A DNA stretch of 64,000 bases from an uncultured delta proteobacterium (GTDB taxonomy: Bacteria; Desulfobacterota; Binatia; UBA9968). The notes below the pieces were generated by a model that made no database searches, had not been told where the DNA came from, and saw only the letters and a list, made by a program, of their open reading frames with translations. Shown piece after piece: positions 57,902 to 64,000 of this stretch; position 1 is the first letter of the stretch, and each line of letters begins with the position of its first letter. The translations under genes were made by a program, and so were the position numbers. The stretch covers positions 223,297 to 287,296 of the forward strand of contig CAWDPO010000010.1 in NCBI GenBank assembly GCA_963804165.1, given 5' to 3'.

Positions 57902-59335
57902 ATGCCCCGCACCAGACTCGCCCTCGCCGTGACCGCCGCCGCCGCCGCGGTACTCGGCGTGGCACCACCGGCGTTCGCCGATACGAAGGTCTCGATCGAG
58001 ACCGGGAACTTCGGGCCCGGCCTGAGCGGCAGCTATCTGTTCGTGCGCGACCGGCCGTCGATCTTCACCGACGCGCCGATGAACGTCGTCGTCTCCAACG
58101 ACGGCGCGAAGATCCGGATCAGCGACGCCAACGGCGACGTGGTCGACGGCGGCGGCTGCATCGAGCAGGCCAACGGCGACGCGCTGTGCCCGGGCGGCGT
58201 CGACGGCGCCCTGATGTGGGGCGGCAACAAGAACGACGCGATCAAGAACCTCACGGCGCTCCCGGCGGCGTGGGACGGCGACAGCGGCGACGACCTGCTG
58301 CAGGGCGGTCCGGGGCCCGACCACATGAACGGCGGCCCTGGGGACGACACGCTCAAGGGCCTCGGCGGCGACGACACGTTCATCGAGGAGCCCGGCGGCG
58401 ACGACATGCGCGGCGGCACCGGGGTCGACACGATCAACTACGCCTCCGCGAACACCATGGTCAAGGTCACGCTCGACGACTGCGGGGTTCAACGACGGCC
58501 GGCAGTCCGATCCCGACCGCCTGCTGGAGATGGAGAACGTCCCCGGCTCCGCCTACAGCGACTTCATCCGCGGCAACGACGAGCGCAACGTGGTCTCCGG
58601 CGCGGGCCGGGAACGACACGGTGGTCACGCTCGGCGGCGACGACACGATCAACGGCAACGCGGGAGGCGACAACATGCTCGGCGGCACGGGCGACGACAC
58701 CGTCACCTACGCCGACCGCACCGCGCCGGTCACCGTCTCGCTCAACAGCCTCGACGGCGACGGCGAGGCGGGCGAAAGCGACAACGTCTACGACGACGTC
58801 GAGAACCTCGAGGGCGGCTCCGGCGCCGACACGCTGATCGGGCAGGCGGCGCTGCCGGTCTCCAACAACTTCGACGGCAACGGCGGCGGCGACACGCTCG
58901 ACGGCGGGGCCGGCGACGACAGCGCCGACGGCGGCGCAGGCGACGACATCGTCATCGGCGACCTCGGCAGCGACCAATACCTCGGCGGCTCCGGGATCGA
59001 CGTGCTCGACTACTCCAACCGCTCGGGCGAGTTCACCGAGGACCTCGACGTCACGCTCGCGGCCTCGATCTTCCTCGACGACGGCGGCACCGTCCGACGG
59101 CCCCGGTCGGGTTCCGCGACAACGCCCAGCGGGATCGAGAACCTGACCGGCGGCGACGGCAACGACAAGCTGACCGGCGCGCCCGGGAAGAACGTCATCA
59201 AGGGCGGCGCCGGCGACGACGAGGTGCGCGTCGACGACGGCGAGCAGGACGTCGCCGACTGCGGCGCCGGGCAACGACGGGGTCGCGTTCGACCCGGCGT
59301 CGACCGACGCCGGGCTGCGAGATCATCCTCTCTGA
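57902..59335 (+). CDS. Secreted calcium-binding RTX-repeat protein (frameshifted)
   Basis: Signal peptide; many GGxGxDxL nonapeptides. Confidence 0.87.
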
Positions 59336-60472
59336 GCCGACGCTCGAGGAAGCGGCGCTCGGGCTCGGTCGGACCGAGCTCGAGCGCCCGCTCGTACTCC
59401 GCCCGCGCCTCGCCCCGCGCGGCCGAGCCGCCGCAGCAGCTCGGCGCGGGTCGAGTGCAGGTAGCGGTAGCCGTCGAGCGTCAGCGAGTCCACGAGCGCC
59501 AGCGCGCCCTCGACGTCGCCCGCCTCGGCGACCGCGACCGCGCGGTTGAGCTCGACGACCGGCGAGCGCGTCACGCCGCCAGCGACGTGTAGAGCGCGAC
59601 CACCTGCGGCCAGTCGACGGGCGGCTCGAGTTGCAGCGACGCGATCGCGGCCTGCAGGCACGTACGGGCCGCGCGATCGTCAGCGGGATCGCGCGGCGCC
59701 TCCTCGATCTGCGCGCGATCCCAGAGCGAGCGGTCCTGGTCGGCCAGCAGCACGAGCTCGCCGCCCACGAAGCGCGAGGCCCGGCGCGCGTCGTGAAGAG
59801 CATCAGCGCGAGCAGGCCGCGCGACCTCGCGGCTCGTCGGGCATCAGCGCGGCCAGCACCCGCGCCGAGCCGGATCGCCTCCTCGGCCAGCGACGCGCGG
59901 TCGTCGTAGCCGGCGTTGAAGATCAGGTAGACGACCGCCAGCACCGACGCAGGCGCTCCGGCAGCAGCTGCGTCGCGACGGCACGCGTGAACGGGATGCC
60001 GGCGCCGCGGATCTTCGCCTTGGCGCGCGTGAGCCGGCGCTTCATCGTCTCGGGCGCGACGAGGAACGCGCGGCGATCTCCTCGGTCGAGAGCCCGCCGA
60101 GCGCGCGCAGCGTCAACGCCACCTGCGCCTCGCGGTTCAGCGCCGGATGGCAGCAGGTGAAGATCAGCTCCAGCCGCTCGTCGGGGATGTTCGGTTCCTC
60201 CATCACCACGGGCTCCTCGAGCTCGTGCGAGCTTCGCCGCGAGCACCTTCTCGCGCCGGATGCCGGTCGATCGCGCGCCGCTTGGCGACCGTGATCAGCC
60301 AGGCGGCGCGGGTTGTCCGGGCTCGCCGTCGCGCGGCCAGCGCTCCGCGGCGAGCGCAGAAACGCGTCCTGCGACGGCCTCCTCGGCGAGGTCGAAGTCG
60401 CCGAGGAGGCCGACAGGATGGCGAGGACGCGCCCCACTCGTCGCGCAGGTCGTCAGCGCAGGAACCCCCGCA
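59323..60472 (-). CDS. ECF sigma factor with C-terminal extension (ECF42-like, frameshifted)
   Basis: DFDLAEEA, DERLELIFTCCHPAL, YLIFNAGY, LADQDRSLWD, VVELNRAVA. Confidence 0.85.
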
Positions 60473-60792
60473 CGGGGCGGATCTCGACGCAGCCGCCCAA
60501 CCGCGCCGCCGGCACCTGCGCGGCCAGCGCGATCGCGCGCGTCGAGGTCGTCGGCCTCGATCACGTAGTAGCCGCCGAAGACGTCCTTGGTCTCGGCGAA
60601 CGGGCCGTCGGTGACGAGCGTCTCGCCGTCGGCCACGCGCACCGTCGTCGCCATCGAGGTCGGCTGCAGGTGCGCGGAGCCGACCGACTGCTCGCCGACG
60701 GCCATGTACTCGGCGGTCATCGCGCGCCGCTCGTCCTCGCCCATGCCCTCGTAGTTCGCGGGCCGTTCGTAGATCAGGAGTGCGTAGTGCAT
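60453..60792 (-). CDS. YciI/DGPF family protein
   Basis: VTDGPFAETKDVFGGYY, EIRP. Confidence 0.9.
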
Positions 60793-60830
60793 GACTGGGT
60801 AGACGAACGGGATCCGCCCCGAGGGGACAC

Positions 60831-62618
60831 CTATCCGACATGGTGCACCTCCTGCAGGCCGTAGACCGGGGTGTCGAATCCCTCCATCCGCGCCTTGAGC
60901 TGCAGCGCCAGGTAGTGCGAGTAGTGGCGCGACTGGTGCAGGTTGCCGCCGTGGAACCACAGCGCCTCCTGCTGGGTCGGCTTCCACATGTTGCGCTGCT
61001 CGCCTTCCCACGGGCCTGGGTCCTTCGGGCGTGTCCGAGCCGAGGCCCCAGACCTTGCCGACCTTGTCGGCGACCTCCTGGCAGATGAGGTCGGCGACCC
61101 AGCCGTTCATCGAGCCGTAGCCCGTGGCGTAGACGATCACGTCGGCCGGGAGCTCCGTGCCGTCGTCGAGCACCGACCGCGGTCTCGGTGATCTCGCGCG
61201 ACCTGGCCGGCGACGAGCTTGATCTTGCCGTCGATGACGAGCTCGGACGCGCCGACGTCGATGTAGTAGCCCGAGCCGCGGCGCAGGTACTTCATGAACA
61301 GGCCCGAGCCGTCCTCGCCCCAGTCGAGCTGGAAGCCGGCCTCCTCGAGGCGCGGTAGAAGTCGGCGTCGCGCTCGCGGATCTTGTCGTAGAGCGGGATC
61401 TGGAACTCGTGCAGGATCCGGTACGGGCAGCGAGGCGAAGATCAGGTCCGCCTTCTCGGTCGTGATGCCGCTCGCGACGGCCTGCTCGGAGTAGAGGTCG
61501 CCGAGGCCGAGCTCCATCAGCGTGTCGGACCGCACGATGTGCGTGCGAGGACCGCTGTACCATCGTGACGTCCACGCCCGCTTCCCAGAGCGCGGCGCAG
61601 ATGTCGTGGGCCGAGTTGTTGGAGCCGATCACCACGACCTTCTTGCCGACGTAGCCGTCCGGGCCGGGATGCTGGGACGAGTGGTGCTGCTCGCCCGGGA
61701 AGCTCTCCATGCCCTTGAAGTTCGGGAATGTTCGGCTTGCCCGACATGCCGGTCGCGAACACGAGCTGCTTCGGCCGCAGCACGATCTCCTGGCCGTCGC
61801 GCTCGACCGTGACGGTCCATTCCTGCCTGGCCTCGTCGAACGGCGCCGACTTGGCGGTCGGTGCAGCTCCAGTAGTTGAGCTCCATGACCTTCGTGTACA
61901 TCTCCAGCCAGTCGCCGATCTTGTCCTTCGGCGAGAAGACCGGCCAGTTCTTCGGGAAGTCGATGTAGGGCAGGTGGTCGTACCAGACCGGGTCGTGCAG
62001 GCAGAGCGACTTGTAGCGCTTGCGCCAGCAGTCGCCGGGGCGCTCGTTGCGCTCCACGATGATCGTCGGCACGCCGAGCTGCCGCAGCCGGGCGCCCAGC
62101 GCGATGCCGCCCTGGCCGCCGCCGATGATCACCACGTAGGGCTGCGTCTCGTAGCCGAGCGTCCTCGGCCTCCTCCTCGCGCTCCTCCTTCCAGGTCTTG
62201 CGGCGCGGCGATGCGCCGTGCGTCGCGCCCCTGCGGCCGGCGCGGGCCCTTCGGCTCCTCGTGGCCCTTGAGCTCGTCCAGGGTGGTGAGCAGCGTCCAG
62301 ATCTTGCCGCTCTTCAGCCGCAGATAGCCCATAGCCGCGGCCGACGTCGGTCTCGAAGGTGATCCAGGCCTCGGTGACCCCGTCGGCCGTCGGTCGGCGT
62401 CCTCGGCGAGGGCCCAGCCGCTGCGGCTGCACGCGCGTCGAGCGTGGCGTCGAGCATGTCCCGCACCTCGTCCCGGCCCTCGAGGGTCTTGATGTTCCAG
62501 GTGAAGGCGACGAGGTCGCGCCAGTAGCACTCGTCGGCGAACAGCTCCGGCCGCGGCCGCACGCGTCGCCGGACGCGAGCGCCTCCTCGAAGCTGCCGAG
62601 CCACTGATCGACGGACAT
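60831..62618 (-). CDS. Flavin-containing monooxygenase with N-terminal extension (type II FMO-like, frameshifted)
   Basis: YWRDLVAFTWNI, GGGQGG, WRKRYKSLCLHDP, IGSNNSAHD, ATGY. Confidence 0.88.
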
Positions 62619-62779
62619 CTCTCTCCTCCCTGCCGGTACGGAGAGAGGGATTATCGTGCTCGCGTGCCGGCGCCGGGTCGCGGGAGGTGGTCAGTCTCCC
62701 GGAACGCCCGGTCGCGGAAGGCAGTGGACACGGACGTGGGCCGGCACGCGAGCGGAAGTCCATTGTGTCGCGGATTCCG

Positions 62780-63500
62780 GGCGCGAGACAACTCGGGATT
62801 CGCGAACCGGTACACGTAGCCATTGGTCGTGTCGGCGAGCCAAACGCCATCCCCGTCAGTGAGCAGACCGTGAACGTCGGTCCGCCCGCGCGGCCGCGTG
62901 ACGACGGTCGGCGGGCGCCCGGGCACCAGCGTGTCGATCTCCCACAGGCTGCGGTCGCGGTGGTTGACCACCCATGCCGTCGTGCCGTCGAAGGCCATGC
63001 CGGAAGGACCGTCGCCGACCGCGATCCGCGCGCGCACGCGCACCGCCCGGGATCGATCCGCACCACCTGGCCCGCCTGGTCGTCGGCCAACCCACAACGT
63101 GTCCGCTTCGGCCCACAGGTTCTACGGCGCCTGCAACCCCAAGGCGAGCCTGGGACTCGACCCGTCCTATCCTCGAACCGGTACAGGGTGCCGCGGCCGT
63201 CCAAGCGCCCACAGGCGCTTCGAACGCCGCCAGCAACGCGATCGGCGGCCCGTTGAGCAATCGATCTGGTGCTGCCCGTCGGAGCTCGACCCACGCGCAG
63301 CTGTTCCTTGCACGCGACCCAGTGTCACGTCCCGGCGGAGCGGGCGAACACCATCGTCGGCCAGAAGTCCCCGGCCGCCTTGCAGCGCCGTCGTACGTGC
63401 TTCGCGCCGTGGGAGCCTTCTCCTTCGACTCGCCGTGGCGTCGGTCTCCGTCGCCGCAACCTCGCGAGCAGGACGACGAAGGAGCTAGCCAGCGGCGCAT
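62780..63500 (-). CDS. Beta-propeller (Vgb-like) putative lipoprotein, garbled
   Basis: VGDGPSGMAFDGTTAWVVNH, DGDGVWLAD; signal-like start MRRWLA..GCG. Confidence 0.55.
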
Positions 63501-63564
63501 CCTGCCGGATCGTCTCGCGTCGAGATGGCTGACCCTGAGACGACTATCGCGGCAGCTTTCGGAC

Positions 63565-63837
63565 ATGCACACGGTCGCGGCGGTGATCGACCAGGGCGCG
63601 CTGACCTTCGACCTCGCGATCCCGTGTGAGGTCTTCGGGCTCCGATCGCTCGTGACATCGCCCATCCCTGGTATGCGTTCCGGGCTGGTCGCCGCGGGCT
63701 CGACGCCGGTGCGCACGCCGACGCGCCCGTCGCGCTGATCGCCCGCCGGGCGGGCTACGCCTCCCCGCGACGCTGCGGGGCAGTTCGCGGCGCGGCTGCG
63801 CACCTCACCGCGGGCCTACCGCGAGACCTTCGCCTCA
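63565..63837 (+). pseudogene. GlxA-type AraC regulator with the centre missing
   Basis: MHTVAAVIDQGALTFDLAIPCEVFG joined at ~63720 to IARRAGY...RTSPRAYRETF. Confidence 0.7.
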
Positions 63838-64000
63838 GGTGCGGGCGGGGAGCCGGACCTCGAACGCGGCACCGCCGCCCGGGGCGTTCGCGGCTGAGAC
63901 GCTCCCGGCGTGGCCGTCGACGATCCCGGCCACGATCGCGAGCCGTAGGCCGGCGCCGTCCTTGCCGCGCTCACGGCCGCCCCTCGGCGCGCCAGAAGCG
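63835..64000 (-). CDS. Histidine kinase, C-terminal HATPase end (partial)
   Basis: DGAG...LAIVAGIVDGHAGSVSAANAPGGGAAFEVRLP. Confidence 0.75.
   Translation of the reverse strand, partial: ASGAPRGGRERGKDGAGLRLAIVAGIVDGHAGSVSAANAPGGGAAFEVRLPART

Noticed and set aside
33600-63800. Many long Arg/Ala/Pro-rich ORFs as overlapping genes, or programmed frameshifting
   Set aside because: Expected stop-poor shadow frames at very high GC; frame switches occur at random sites without slippery motifs
33210-64000. 30-kb horizontally acquired island
   Set aside because: No integrase, att sites or transposase; both flanking core genes are cut; error profile differs, so an artefact is more parsimonious

Overview
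The window looks like two unrelated genomes joined at ~33,210. Left (1-~33,210): moderate GC (roughly 55-60% by eye) with clean ORFs and Gram-negative content; Candidatus Binatia/'Deltaproteobacteria'-like by inference. It holds a MoxR/DUF58/vWA operon, greA, a split opp/dpp ABC system around a hydrolase/SDR/NMT1 block, TPR + LolB-like genes, ligA, an RRM gene, acyP, a sigma54-driven small secreted protein facing an orphan histidine kinase, rsmI, a two-gene NAD synthetase and amgK-murU. Right (~33,210-64,000): very GC-rich (roughly 70-75% by eye) actinobacterial DNA, Solirubrobacterales-like by inference, in which nearly every gene is frameshifted, as in an unpolished long read. It includes a citrate synthase fragment, MFS pumps, ECF sigma factors, a PAL-like ammonia-lyase, dinB with an SOS box, fgd, a Mo-enzyme/reductase/CxxC trio, PAS-GGDEF-HD-GYP, LuxR-ATPase, an RTX protein and an FMO. 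The strongest hidden element, missed by the ORF track, is a 74-aa glutaredoxin-like selenoprotein (31336-31560) with two in-frame UGA codons, each followed by a SECIS-like hairpin. Other candidates are a greA leader attenuator, a deletion fusing an SBP gene to a DppC tail, translated palindromic repeats, and tandem micro-peptides. No CRISPR array, tRNA, rRNA or transposase was recognised. Coordinates in the right half are approximate.
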